Part shown: positions 50,685-59,991 of the stretch, piece after piece
Position numbering within the stretch: position 1 is the first letter of the stretch
Layout: every line of letters starts with the position of its first letter
Origin: a virus
Length of the DNA: 64,000 bases
Direction: 5' to 3' (one strand)
IMG/VR virus record: IMGVR_UViG_3300042013_000065
Notes under the pieces: generated by a model
Seen by the model: the letters and a program-made list of their open reading frames with translations, nothing else
What the model was told of the DNA's origin: nothing
Database searches by the model: none
Made by a program: the position numbers and the translations under genes

Positions 50685-50879
50685 CTATGGGATTCGTTCC
50701 CAATGTGCGGGTATGATTTCGCACGCTATCTTTGCTTTGATTTTCTCGGCTTCGGGAAGTGTGAACTGCTGCGCCCGGATTCTGCTTTTGCACGACATTA
50801 CCTTTGTATGTGTTTCGTCAAGTGAGTGAATGTATTCGCCGCCAGCAAGACGGCATACGTACCATTTACAGTTCGCCAT
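50685..50879 (-). CDS. Hypothetical protein, possible C-terminal frameshift
   Basis: GGAG RBS. Confidence 0.6.
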   Translation of the reverse strand: MANCKWYVCRLAGGEYIHSLDETHTKVMSCKSRIRAQQFTLPEAEKIKAKIACEIIPAHWERIP

Positions 50880-50884
50880 GGCTG

Positions 50885-51472
50885 TTACTCCCGCGCTGCC
50901 ATACGCCGTCTGTGACGGGCATCTTCTTCGTCTTTCAATTTCTGCCGCTGTGCTTCTTCTGCATCACGTGCAGTGACGTACGAATACGACGTGTGCAGAC
51001 TGACTAAACAAATCATGGCGATAACGCAGGTAATGATTGCGAAAAAGATTCGCACCAAATCGAAAAAGACTTTGTAGTTTTCCATGCCTTCCGCATCATG
51101 AACACCAGCACGCGAAGCCAGCATGTTGACCTGTACCTGAATGCCATGACCGCTCTTTTCACGCAGGAATTTTTGATACAAACCGCCGCTCATTTCATAC
51201 GTGTAAAACTTTCCCGTTTCATTATCGCGAAACGTGCCTTCCCACTGCTCACGACCGGTTCCGTATTTGCCTGTGTTGTATGGCCATGCGTCAACGATGG
51301 TCGCATCACGAACGGACTTGGTATTGACCGTTTCGTAAAAGCTGACGCGTTCCTGCGCGATGCAGAAAATCGCTAGAGCAAGGCACGCAGCAACGAACCA
51401 GTAAAACGGTGCGCCGTAGTAGCCGAAATATTTATAGTTTTGTGGAACCTTTGGTTCGTCTTCACCGTACAT
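50885..51472 (-). CDS. Two-TM membrane protein
   Basis: Hydrophobic segments near both ends. Confidence 0.8.
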   Translation of the reverse strand: MYGEDEPKVPQNYKYFGYYGAPFYWFVAACLALAIFCIAQERVSFYETVNTKSVRDATIVDAWPYNTGKYGTGREQWEGTFRDNETGKFYTYEMSGGLYQKFLREKSGHGIQVQVNMLASRAGVHDAEGMENYKVFFDLVRIFFAIITCVIAMICLVSLHTSYSYVTARDAEEAQRQKLKDEEDARHRRRMAARE

Positions 51473-52280
51473 TTTCGTTTTCCTTCAGAGCTTCTTCGTA
51501 CCGGGCACCGCACGCATCCAACTGTTTCATTGCTGCTTTACGGCGCTTCTTGATCGACTTCAATTCTTGCTTGCAAATCTGCGCGTGGGTTTTGCCATCT
51601 TCCCGTGCAAATTTGTAGCGAATGTCTAAGCCCCACGCCAGCGCAGAACGTACAGGGTTTCTGTCCCACACATGCGCTTCGTCAATGACCATATGCGAGC
51701 GCATCATTTCAGAATAGTTATCCTTCATGATTTTTATGCCACGCGGATTCGTAATCAACGGTCGAAAGTTTTTCAGAGTGTGCGCTTCGATGTCGAAAGC
51801 CACATCACCGTGAATGCCAATGCCGAGGTCGAGCGGTTTGCAGCTATCGAGTTCCATAACAACATATGGCAACGTTTGAACATGACGCAGCGCTTCTTCT
51901 TGATGCGGATAAAGACGCGGAACAAAGCGTGGCATGTCTTTCATTGCCCGCATGCGTGCGACTTCGCCTTCAAAAATGTACGGCAGGTTGTCGTGGCCTA
52001 CAACAATTGGCAACAGGGCGTGCATACGCTCTTCAGCAGCCGAATAATCAAACGTCATTTCGTCATGAAAACCCCGGCGAAAATCTGCAAGGTGTTCGTA
52101 TGGGTTGAACGGTGCACGCACGCGGTCGATTTGTTCACGCGTGGAGAAAACAAGTTCTGCGTCTGGATACTTTTCGCGGATGGCGATCATTGGATCAATG
52201 CCGGTTGCTTTCCTGCTCGCTTCCAGCACTTCGCTATCCAGCAAAACAGCGTTACCTCTGGTGCGGCTTTTGTAAGTCAT
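51462..52280 (-). CDS. Protein carrying isolated polymerase/exonuclease/helicase-like motifs
   Basis: DYSAAEER, VVGHD, LYPHQEEAL, VAFDIE, VIDEAH. Confidence 0.75.
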   Translation of the reverse strand: MTYKSRTRGNAVLLDSEVLEASRKATGIDPMIAIREKYPDAELVFSTREQIDRVRAPFNPYEHLADFRRGFHDEMTFDYSAAEERMHALLPIVVGHDNLPYIFEGEVARMRAMKDMPRFVPRLYPHQEEALRHVQTLPYVVMELDSCKPLDLGIGIHGDVAFDIEAHTLKNFRPLITNPRGIKIMKDNYSEMMRSHMVIDEAHVWDRNPVRSALAWGLDIRYKFAREDGKTHAQICKQELKSIKKRRKAAMKQLDACGARYEEALKENENVR

Positions 52281-52498
52281 TTTGCTGCCTTCGCTTTCAG
52301 TTTGGCTTCAGCCGGGGCCACGTTCTTTGCCAGTGCGCGAGACGCATCAGCGAAAAGCTTTTGGCGTTTGCGAATTTCAACCTTCGCATATTCCATGTTC
52401 AATGCGGCCATGATTTGTGCTGCGGTCTTACCGCTCTTCGCCAACATGACCATGGATTTTTGCACGTCGAGAACCGTAACCTTGATTACGCCTTTCAT
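52277..52498 (-). CDS. Small basic helical protein
   Basis: ATGA coupling. Confidence 0.7.
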   Translation of the reverse strand: MKGVIKVTVLDVQKSMVMLAKSGKTAAQIMAALNMEYAKVEIRKRQKLFADASRALAKNVAPAEAKLKAKAAK

Positions 52499-52878
52499 AC
52501 CTTGAATTCCTTACGCAGTTGCGCGACCACACGACGGAATGTATCGGCGTACAGTGACACAGAACCGTTTGGATTTTTCCTGAAGTATTTGTCGAACTGC
52601 GACTCAGGTAACATGATGTTGATATAAGCCACGCCACGCGCTTTCCGTTTGACATTGACTTTGGATTCAGTGAGGCGAACGATTTCCTCGGCCAGTTCCA
52701 CGATGCTGTCAGATTGAAACGTGCCGTCGTCACCCGCGTTGAACACTACCAGTTTTTCTTTCACTTCGAACGCGTACACTTGGCGAGCCAGTGCGCCTGC
52801 GTCGGTCGGCTGCATGGCCGTCATAACCAGTGCGCCAAGATCGAGGACTTGCAACGCGAATTCTTTTTCCGGGGCCAT
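52495..52878 (-). CDS. Hypothetical protein
   Basis: ATG at 52878 after GGAG. Confidence 0.7.
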   Translation of the reverse strand: MAPEKEFALQVLDLGALVMTAMQPTDAGALARQVYAFEVKEKLVVFNAGDDGTFQSDSIVELAEEIVRLTESKVNVKRKARGVAYINIMLPESQFDKYFRKNPNGSVSLYADTFRRVVAQLRKEFKV

Positions 52879-52924
52879 ACAATTCTCCAAAGTAAATGCG
52901 GCTGGAACACCCAACCGCACTATT

Positions 52925-53431
52925 TCACTTTTTCTTCTTTTTCTTTTCAGTCAGCTTGTGTGCTTTACAAGCTTTCCAAATATCTACGCCAATCATGCTG
53001 TCACGAAATTCCGTTGTCAGAATGCCGTACTGATCACCGCCTTTACCTGCTGCGTTCACGCCCCAAAAATCATCCCACTCAGCAAGGTGCGAAAGTTTTG
53101 CTTTTCCCGTATTCATCAGCGCAATCAAACGCCACGGGTTTTGCATGTACGATTCGCGAATGCCGATACGCATGATGTCGAAACGTTCAACGTCATGTTT
53201 GCTTGAAGGTTTGCCACCAGCTTTCTTGCTACCAAAATGCTTGGCTTTGTACGGATCGAACGCTGCGAGAATTTTCCCGCGCAATTCTGTTTCCGTTTTA
53301 TCCAGCTTTCGGAATTGATAATACGCTTCGATGCTTTTGTACACCGTGCCTTTATACATAAAAGGCGCAGGCCACATCGCCGAGAAAATTTCATTCTCGT
53401 ATGAATTAAACAGAATTACCTGTTTACTCAT
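52925..53431 (-). CDS. NADAR/YbiA-family N-glycosidase
   Basis: FS..W..PF...G..Y.S.E.YYQ..K, P..AK..G, Y.QN...L..TG...L, D.FWG. Confidence 0.9.
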   Translation of the reverse strand: MSKQVILFNSYENEIFSAMWPAPFMYKGTVYKSIEAYYQFRKLDKTETELRGKILAAFDPYKAKHFGSKKAGGKPSSKHDVERFDIMRIGIRESYMQNPWRLIALMNTGKAKLSHLAEWDDFWGVNAAGKGGDQYGILTTEFRDSMIGVDIWKACKAHKLTEKKKKKK

Positions 53432-54147
53432 TAGTCACAACCACCGCCGCCACCGCCGCCCGAATCACCGCCGTAACTGCCGCTATCCGGGGAACTATAG
53501 GACGGCTCCGACCGGGTAGGCTCAGGGGCGCAATATGCAGGCTCAGAGCGTTGTTCCGGCGTGCTGTACGTCTCACGGTAGGTATGGCAAGCCGCCTCAG
53601 AGCGCGTAGGGGCGCTATCAGAAGCCAACACCGTGTGCAGAACTGCCGCCTGCATCAAAAGGCCGCTACCGCCGTCTTGTGGGGTACTGCCGACTTGCCC
53701 GCTAGTGGCATGCGCGCCGCTGTTCGGTGCCACGTAACCACGACCACGACCCTGTACGTCACGGCCCAATTGTTGAGCGCGTTCCGGTTTAATCAGAACC
53801 GGTTCCGGTGTGAAATGCGCTGCGCGTGCATTACGTCGATCCTCACGCGCATTTTCTTGAATGCTGTAAGCAGCCAATTCGCTTTCCAGATCGCGAATAC
53901 GAACTTTCAACAAACCGATTTCGTCGAGGTGCTTTCCTTCTTGCTCCAGAACTTTCTCCGGTTGCAAATCATTTACCGCTTGGCGCAGAAGATCCAAATC
54001 TTCTTCTTTGCTTTCGAGGTACGCATTGCGGATGTTTACTTCTTCGATCCAGTGAGCGCGACCGAACAAACGATCCCAAAAAGAAGCCGTGTAACGTACA
54101 CCGTGTTTGTGTCCGCTCATGATACTTTCACCGTGGTATTCAGACAT
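53431..54147 (-). CDS. Coiled-coil protein with Ser/Gly-rich tail
   Basis: Three RSE[PA] repeats; ends SYGGDSGGGGGGGCD. Confidence 0.75.
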   Translation of the reverse strand: MSEYHGESIMSGHKHGVRYTASFWDRLFGRAHWIEEVNIRNAYLESKEEDLDLLRQAVNDLQPEKVLEQEGKHLDEIGLLKVRIRDLESELAAYSIQENAREDRRNARAAHFTPEPVLIKPERAQQLGRDVQGRGRGYVAPNSGAHATSGQVGSTPQDGGSGLLMQAAVLHTVLASDSAPTRSEAACHTYRETYSTPEQRSEPAYCAPEPTRSEPSYSSPDSGSYGGDSGGGGGGGCD

Positions 54148-54173
54148 GTTTTATTTCCATGTACCCATGTGAG

Positions 54174-54204
54174 AAAAGGCGCCTACCAAAATTGATAAGC
54201 GCCC
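54174..54204 (-). terminator. Intrinsic terminator
   Basis: GGGCGCTTATCA-ATTT-TGGTAGGCGCCT followed by TTT on the - strand. Confidence 0.7.
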
Positions 54205-54210
54205 GCGTTT

Positions 54211-54993
54211 TTACACCACGTGACCGGGCAGGTAACGCAGCAGATCGTATTTCGGGTTTGGAGCATCAGCATTACACAGATGGAAAGCAAACAGCAGCGA
54301 CCAGCTTTCGAAAGTCACGTTCGGGTAAGTTGCGCCGATGTCTTGAATGCGTACAGGCGGAACGAAGTCGATAACTTCTTCGCCGCTGGAAACGGTCACG
54401 CCTTCTTTCAACTTGATGCGCAGGGCCATTGCAAAATGCAGACGGCCAACCGGATCGCTGTTGTCGAAAATGATACCTTCGAAATGCAGCGTGGCAATAT
54501 TTGCAAAAATCTGCAAATCAGTCGCCACGTCGCCGCTCAGGCCGACACGAATGCCATTCACGTAAACGGCGCATTCTTCGAAGAATTCGCGCACCACGTT
54601 ATGCAGAACGGTTTGGCGCAAATCAATTACGCTTTTGTGTGCGACGATATCAACGAAGTCGGTGTGCCCACCAACGCCGATGCTGCCACGGCCTTGCAAA
54701 TCGCTTTCGCCATTGCCTTCGCGAGAACGCATGTAAGGGTTGATCGTGTCGTCGTAGTTTTCCACAACGAAATAATTCAACCACTGCGAATAGTCGCGGT
54801 CGCCTTTGTGGCTTTCGCCCCACGGACGGTATTCGTCGAGGTGGTTACGCTGGCGAATAACCACACCGCTTTGAACCAGTGTCAGAAACTCTTCGAAATT
54901 GAATTGCGGATTGAAGCCTTCGCGAATTCCGATTTGCAGAAAAGTTTCACGGCTCAGAGCCAAGATGAATTCCGGGTATTTGTATTGAGACAT
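54211..54993 (-). CDS. Nudix-fold phosphoesterase (COG4112-like)
   Basis: Q...Y, Y.R, E..L.G..SIGVGGH, RE..EE, VG..HF. Confidence 0.8.
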   Translation of the reverse strand: MSQYKYPEFILALSRETFLQIGIREGFNPQFNFEEFLTLVQSGVVIRQRNHLDEYRPWGESHKGDRDYSQWLNYFVVENYDDTINPYMRSREGNGESDLQGRGSIGVGGHTDFVDIVAHKSVIDLRQTVLHNVVREFFEECAVYVNGIRVGLSGDVATDLQIFANIATLHFEGIIFDNSDPVGRLHFAMALRIKLKEGVTVSSGEEVIDFVPPVRIQDIGATYPNVTFESWSLLFAFHLCNADAPNPKYDLLRYLPGHVV

Positions 54994-55008
54994 GTGCGTC
55001 AGGTTTCC

Positions 55009-55491
55009 TTATTGGGGCATGATGTAGTTTTGAATGGATACAGCGTGAATGCTGTAGTTCTTTACAGTCTCGCCGAGTGGGTCATTGATGTTCACACCCA
55101 TACGGAAACGCTTACCGTTATTCCCGGCGCCGAAGGTGTTCATTTCAACGGCACACATCAGCGGCGCATCCAGAAAGATTGCGATGTTCGTTCCAGCTTC
55201 ACCGGTAGGGTTCAGCTTTTCCAGCAGCCGTGGCAAAGCACGTGGTGTAGTCAGATGCGGGCCAGCACGCAACGCAGCTTCTGCTTTTTCTTTGTCGAGG
55301 TTTTCGTCGCTAACGTCGATGCCTTTCGCAATCAAAACACGCTGTGCAATTTGCAGCAGATTGTCTTCGTCGTTCACGAAAATTGTTTCGTGTCCGGTCT
55401 TCTCTTTGTGCGCCATCGCTGCCGCAAGAATCGAAGCAGTTTTACCGCTGTGCGTATGCCCGTTAACGATCAATTCTGGATAGCGAATCAT
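55009..55491 (-). CDS. Small P-loop NTPase-like protein
   Basis: Walker A GHTHSGKT; IAIFLD. Confidence 0.65.
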   Translation of the reverse strand: MIRYPELIVNGHTHSGKTASILAAAMAHKEKTGHETIFVNDEDNLLQIAQRVLIAKGIDVSDENLDKEKAEAALRAGPHLTTPRALPRLLEKLNPTGEAGTNIAIFLDAPLMCAVEMNTFGAGNNGKRFRMGVNINDPLGETVKNYSIHAVSIQNYIMPQ

Positions 55492-55784
55492 GAAAACTCC
55501 AAATCGTGTTTTGTTAGTTGGCCGTCTACGTATTCCGTCAATTCAGCAAACGCTTCAAGGTAACGTTTACGCAATTGGTGGAAACGTGGATCTACGATTG
55601 TCGCGGAACTGCTACCGTCCCAACTTGAGAAATCGACGACGGCGTAATGCAGGCTGATTTGACTCGCCATGCGGCGTGCTGAATAGACATCCCAATCAAC
55701 CGATACAGCAGGTTGCTCAGGCGCTTTTACGTACTCGACGCCGTGAATGTACACACCCATGCACGGCTTTTCATTTCCAGACAT
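55488..55784 (-). CDS. Hypothetical protein
   Basis: V.I.GVEYV motif; ATGA coupling. Confidence 0.7.
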   Translation of the reverse strand: MSGNEKPCMGVYIHGVEYVKAPEQPAVSVDWDVYSARRMASQISLHYAVVDFSSWDGSSSATIVDPRFHQLRKRYLEAFAELTEYVDGQLTKHDLEFS

Positions 55785-55796
55785 AACACACTCACT

Positions 55797-56330
55797 TTAC
55801 AGTTTTTTGTAGTTGTCCCACGCGGCCACGTAAGCCGTATGCAACTCAGCGTGAACGAAATGCTCGGCGCCGAAACGTTCTTCTGCCTTGATCACCATGT
55901 ACGACAAATCGTCGAGTGGTTCCAGCATTTCCTCTTTGGACAATCCCGCAAACGCTTTAGGGATTTCAGCAATGACGTGTTCCAACACTTTGCGTTGATC
56001 ACCCGCTTTATCAGGCCACGCCAAATTGCAGTCCAACAATGCGCGACCGTAATACACAACTGTATAGTAGTCGAGTGCACGCATAGCCCCGCCGCCGTAT
56101 CCAGCTTTGGTAAAAGCGTCTTCAGGACTGGAACCGGTGCTGATTGTCATGTCACCGGAACCGTTCCAGAAAAACCAGTAGGTGCGCAGTTCGTTGAATT
56201 CAGCGCGCCCACTTTCCAACTGTTCCAAAAGCTCTTTGGCGCGTGCGTGCAATGCAGCACGGTTTGCTGGCTCACCTTCGCCTTCTGCAAAACTCAAATA
56301 CGTTTCGATGCTTTTCAGGAAATCTTTCAT
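55797..56330 (-). CDS. Hypothetical protein
   Basis: DAF..AGYGGGA.RALD motif. Confidence 0.75.
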   Translation of the reverse strand: MKDFLKSIETYLSFAEGEGEPANRAALHARAKELLEQLESGRAEFNELRTYWFFWNGSGDMTISTGSSPEDAFTKAGYGGGAMRALDYYTVVYYGRALLDCNLAWPDKAGDQRKVLEHVIAEIPKAFAGLSKEEMLEPLDDLSYMVIKAEERFGAEHFVHAELHTAYVAAWDNYKKL

Positions 56331-57724
56331 GACTTCACCGGAACTCGATCAAGTGGGACGTTGACGGTGTGGTATTCTTTTTCGCGAGTTTCCGCACCGA
56401 TTTTCAGGCCGAACGAATTCAGCAAATCGCGATTGGTTGTGTACGAAACCTCTTCACACTCAATCGACATTCTCTTCGTCGGGGTTTTCGGGTTCCAGTA
56501 ACGACTGTTCCAGATGTCGTTCAATTTGTGGCACGTTACGCTGGCGGTCAACTGCTTTTCCGACATGTTCACATTCTTCGGCAGTTTTTGACCTTCCTGC
56601 GTAATCAGATCGTTACGACTGTACCGAATGGAACGGACTTGCTGCATGTCGTCTTTGTCGTGGTTGAAACCTTCCACGCGATAATTGATCGAAATGTAGT
56701 GGGTACTCGACCGGTAATGCGGCAACTCTTTTCTGTCGGTGATGAAATTGCATTCCGAATGAGAGAACGCAATTTCAGGAATGTTGAAACACGCCATCGT
56801 ACGCAGTCGCGCCACCTCTTTGCAGATTGCCAACACGTCAGCAATCACGCCGCATTGATCGTGTTCGTATTTGCCGGAAACCCACGTGGCGTAGAATGGA
56901 ACCGGTTTGTCATCCTTGCCTTGAAGCCATTCAACCAGCGCCGACACTTTCAACATGGTGCCGCTGAAAGTAATGGTGATGCCTTCGAACGAATACGCCA
57001 CGCCATGTTTGGTCGGAGTCTTTTCAAAAGCGAGGCCGCTTTCGATCAACATTTTTTCCATGGTGACTTTGTGTGGGTTTTCACGTTTCGAACGGGCAAC
57101 ACTTTGTTCGTAACTCGGTGGCGTGAAACTCATATCGCCACTTTCCAGCAATTCGTTTTCGGTGAATTTAACCACCGGGATTTCTTGCCCTTCGACAACG
57201 GCAGTGCCTGCGCTTTCGATCACGGTTTCTTTCAGCTCAACCGGTGCGTCTTTCGGGTTGAACTTCTTCCCACGCTTTGGAGCCGCTACACGTTGCACAA
57301 TGCCGCTAGGGGCCTTTGCCGCACCCGCGCTAACGGTCACAGCGACATCGCTGCCCTGTGAGCCTGTCAGGCCGCGTACAGCTTCGGAGAAACGACGGTC
57401 GGCGCGGTTGGTTTCGTCAGGCGACAGCGCCGGGGTGAAGTTGGTCAGGATGTCTTTCACGTGCAGCCAGTCGGCACACTGTTTTTCGTTGATTTCGTGA
57501 AGCACTTTCCATTTGCCTGCAAACTCTTCGGCAATCGTAATGGATTTGGTGTTGAACGAAACTTTGAAATCGCGGCGTACGACTTTAGTGTCGGGCCAGC
57601 GTTCATTGTTGTAGACCAACGAAGTGCCGTAGCGGGTTTTCACTTCCGACCACATGCCTGCGTATTGAACGATTGCCAGACGTTCTTCGACAAAGATTTT
57701 TGCTTTCTGAATATTGAGGTTCAT
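56327..57724 (-). CDS. Hypothetical multidomain protein
   Basis: 465-aa ORF; GGAG RBS. Confidence 0.8.
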   Translation of the reverse strand: MNLNIQKAKIFVEERLAIVQYAGMWSEVKTRYGTSLVYNNERWPDTKVVRRDFKVSFNTKSITIAEEFAGKWKVLHEINEKQCADWLHVKDILTNFTPALSPDETNRADRRFSEAVRGLTGSQGSDVAVTVSAGAAKAPSGIVQRVAAPKRGKKFNPKDAPVELKETVIESAGTAVVEGQEIPVVKFTENELLESGDMSFTPPSYEQSVARSKRENPHKVTMEKMLIESGLAFEKTPTKHGVAYSFEGITITFSGTMLKVSALVEWLQGKDDKPVPFYATWVSGKYEHDQCGVIADVLAICKEVARLRTMACFNIPEIAFSHSECNFITDRKELPHYRSSTHYISINYRVEGFNHDKDDMQQVRSIRYSRNDLITQEGQKLPKNVNMSEKQLTASVTCHKLNDIWNSRYWNPKTPTKRMSIECEEVSYTTNRDLLNSFGLKIGAETREKEYHTVNVPLDRVPVKS

Positions 57725-57729
57725 GGTTT

Positions 57730-58791
57730 TTACTCCGGCTTCCAGACAGTGGCTTTGGTTGCGTTAAGCATTTTTTCGATATACACAACGAACGCATCAA
57801 AATCACGCACAGCCTGAAGCGTTGCGGTGACAAGTTTGCCGCCCAAATCAAAGTTGGCAACGACGCTGCGTTCTACGAAGTGCACGCTGATTTTGCTGTC
57901 GAGTTTGAAAGCTACAAGTACGTCACCTTCAATTTCGATGTCATGCACGGACGAATCAAGTTGCTGTGCAATCGAACGGAACATACGCTCGCCAACAAAC
58001 GGGCCTTGCACCGGGCGTACGTCGCGCAGCAAATCAATCACAAGGTCTTTCGTGCTGTCGAGTTTGGTTCGCCAGTTGCTTTCGCCTTTGCTGTTTCGCA
58101 CAGTGAGGCGAGTTGCGTTAACCGTGATTTTGGAACCGTTGTGGAAATCGTACACGGTCGCTTTAGGCCCGTGGATTTCGCTATACGGTCTTTTGCTGAA
58201 GTAGTTAATCACTTCGCGCACTTGTTCGTTTGCCTGTTCACGGAAACTTTTTACAGGCGGTGGCGGTTCGTCGTTTACGTCCGGCGCAATGTAACCAACC
58301 ATGGCCGAAGGGAAACGCGTTTTGAAATCGTACAACGCACGTTCCGGGTCTTCCATGTTCAGGCCGTTTTCCAGTTCGCCGAGAATTTCGCAATCCCAAT
58401 CGGAAAGGCTACTCGACGGGAACGGATCACAAACCGTTTGCGGTTCACCGTCCACGTTGATCGCCAGACCGCCACGAACGCAAAGCATGGAAATTCGTTT
58501 TTCGAAGAAAGCGAGCAACGATTGTTCCCGGAATTGCGCATCGGGTTTCATGATCACCACAACGTCAACGATTTTGTATTCGTTGCGAACCCCGGCCAGA
58601 TAATCAGCCAGCATATAAGCCAGCGTATCAGGATCGTAGGTTTCGACCGAATCAACTTCACGCGGAACGATGGTGCCGTATTCACGCGGGTAAATTCGTG
58701 CGTAAGCATCAACGCGGGTGTAAGCGAAAGACGGCAGTTCGTTTTCAGGAACGTTCAAACGAATGTCGTAAAACTCTTCAAAGGCTTGCAT
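57730..58791 (-). CDS. Hypothetical protein
   Basis: Start MQAFEE after GAGG. Confidence 0.8.
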   Translation of the reverse strand: MQAFEEFYDIRLNVPENELPSFAYTRVDAYARIYPREYGTIVPREVDSVETYDPDTLAYMLADYLAGVRNEYKIVDVVVIMKPDAQFREQSLLAFFEKRISMLCVRGGLAINVDGEPQTVCDPFPSSSLSDWDCEILGELENGLNMEDPERALYDFKTRFPSAMVGYIAPDVNDEPPPPVKSFREQANEQVREVINYFSKRPYSEIHGPKATVYDFHNGSKITVNATRLTVRNSKGESNWRTKLDSTKDLVIDLLRDVRPVQGPFVGERMFRSIAQQLDSSVHDIEIEGDVLVAFKLDSKISVHFVERSVVANFDLGGKLVTATLQAVRDFDAFVVYIEKMLNATKATVWKPE

Positions 58792-59218
58792 CTTTGCTTT
58801 CCTCAACCAATTGTTTTTCGGCATCACCGAAATACGATTCCATGCTGTCAGCGAATTTGTTCGCTTCGGCCCGCGTGGTGTATTTGTTGCCGAGCGCCAC
58901 ACCGTGACCGCGCCCGTGTTCCTGCAAATCAGTAGGCGGGATAATCCGCACGAACCAATGAACGCCGTTGCTATAAACGTGCGCCCAACGTGGTTCAGTT
59001 TTGCGCACGTGCGTGTGAAGCGCGTCAGGATCGGTGTTAGTGAATCCGCTGATTTTGAGCTTCAACATTTCACTGTCGTTTGCAGGACGCAGCGCATATT
59101 CCAGCTCAGAGAAATCACGACACATCACAACCTTTTGACAGCAAGGCGAAGCAAACCACGGTTCAACCATAGCAGCCGGTGGAATTTCTTCGTTGCAGTA
59201 GGGGCAATTATGCTCCAT
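58778..59218 (-). CDS. Protein with N-terminal zinc ribbon
   Basis: CPYC...PCC. Confidence 0.75.
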   Translation of the reverse strand: MEHNCPYCNEEIPPAAMVEPWFASPCCQKVVMCRDFSELEYALRPANDSEMLKLKISGFTNTDPDALHTHVRKTEPRWAHVYSNGVHWFVRIIPPTDLQEHGRGHGVALGNKYTTRAEANKFADSMESYFGDAEKQLVEESKDASL

Positions 59219-59555
59219 GAGGTTCTGCCTTCAATTCAGCTTCCAGATTATTCGCCATCACAGAACCGGCGAACATACCGGAACGAACGACAGCGCGTTT
59301 TGCCAGCGTCAAAGCGTATTGGTGTTTTTCCTGAGTCTGTTTCGACTTCGGCACCAAATCCAGCAGCATCACCACAGCGGTTTCCGCATCGGTGCGCATT
59401 TCGTTCACGCTTTCGTAACGGTTCTGCATGCCTCGGGTGCAACGCTCAATCACACGCGTCTGCATTTCCGGGTACTGCGTCACCAGCACTTCTACCATGT
59501 TCAGAATTTGCATCTGTTCATCGTAGGTCATGTGTTTTTTGATTTCGCGTTGCAT
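59208..59555 (-). CDS. Hypothetical helical protein
   Basis: AAGGA RBS. Confidence 0.75.
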   Translation of the reverse strand: MQREIKKHMTYDEQMQILNMVEVLVTQYPEMQTRVIERCTRGMQNRYESVNEMRTDAETAVVMLLDLVPKSKQTQEKHQYALTLAKRAVVRSGMFAGSVMANNLEAELKAEPHGA

Positions 59556-59566
59556 TTCCGAATTCC

Positions 59567-59821
59567 TTATTTGCTTTCTTTGACGATGGCAGGAGGGTTG
59601 CCTACGTACGGCATTTCGAACACCGGGTTCAGTTGCGGTTTGCGTGTGTCGGTCGGCTCTACGCTAAACGACATGGAAGCAGAATCGTAAAACGCTTTTG
59701 CATTGAAGCTGTGCGTCTTCTCACGGCCTTTTGGAATGTTCACAGTCATCGGGCGATCCTCGTTAGATTTGGAATGCTGCCACATGAATACAACGTCGGC
59801 CATTTCGCGAAAGTCACTCAT
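59567..59821 (-). CDS. Hypothetical protein
   Basis: Start MSDFRE; ATGA overlap. Confidence 0.65.
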   Translation of the reverse strand: MSDFREMADVVFMWQHSKSNEDRPMTVNIPKGREKTHSFNAKAFYDSASMSFSVEPTDTRKPQLNPVFEMPYVGNPPAIVKESK

Positions 59822-59991
59822 GCGACCGGCCCTTGGAAAAAGTATAGGGCACTTATGATAGCGCCCCAAAAATACCAGCCACACACCACGTGTGCCGAAG
59901 CGCCGCGCTTGTTAATGTCGCGATGAATTTGGAACCAGCGAATAACAGTGATAATTAAGCACACAACAAAAACAATTACGGCGGACATCAT
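59818..59991 (-). CDS. 57-aa two-TM protein (MMSAVIVFVV...), not in the ORF track
   Basis: ATGA overlaps on both sides. Confidence 0.65.
   Translation of the reverse strand: MMSAVIVFVVCLIITVIRWFQIHRDINKRGASAHVVCGWYFWGAIISALYFFQGPVA

Noticed and set aside
55600-55650. VVDFSSWDGS resembling an RdRp/polymerase motif A
   Set aside because: A single short motif in a 98-aa ORF; too weak on its own
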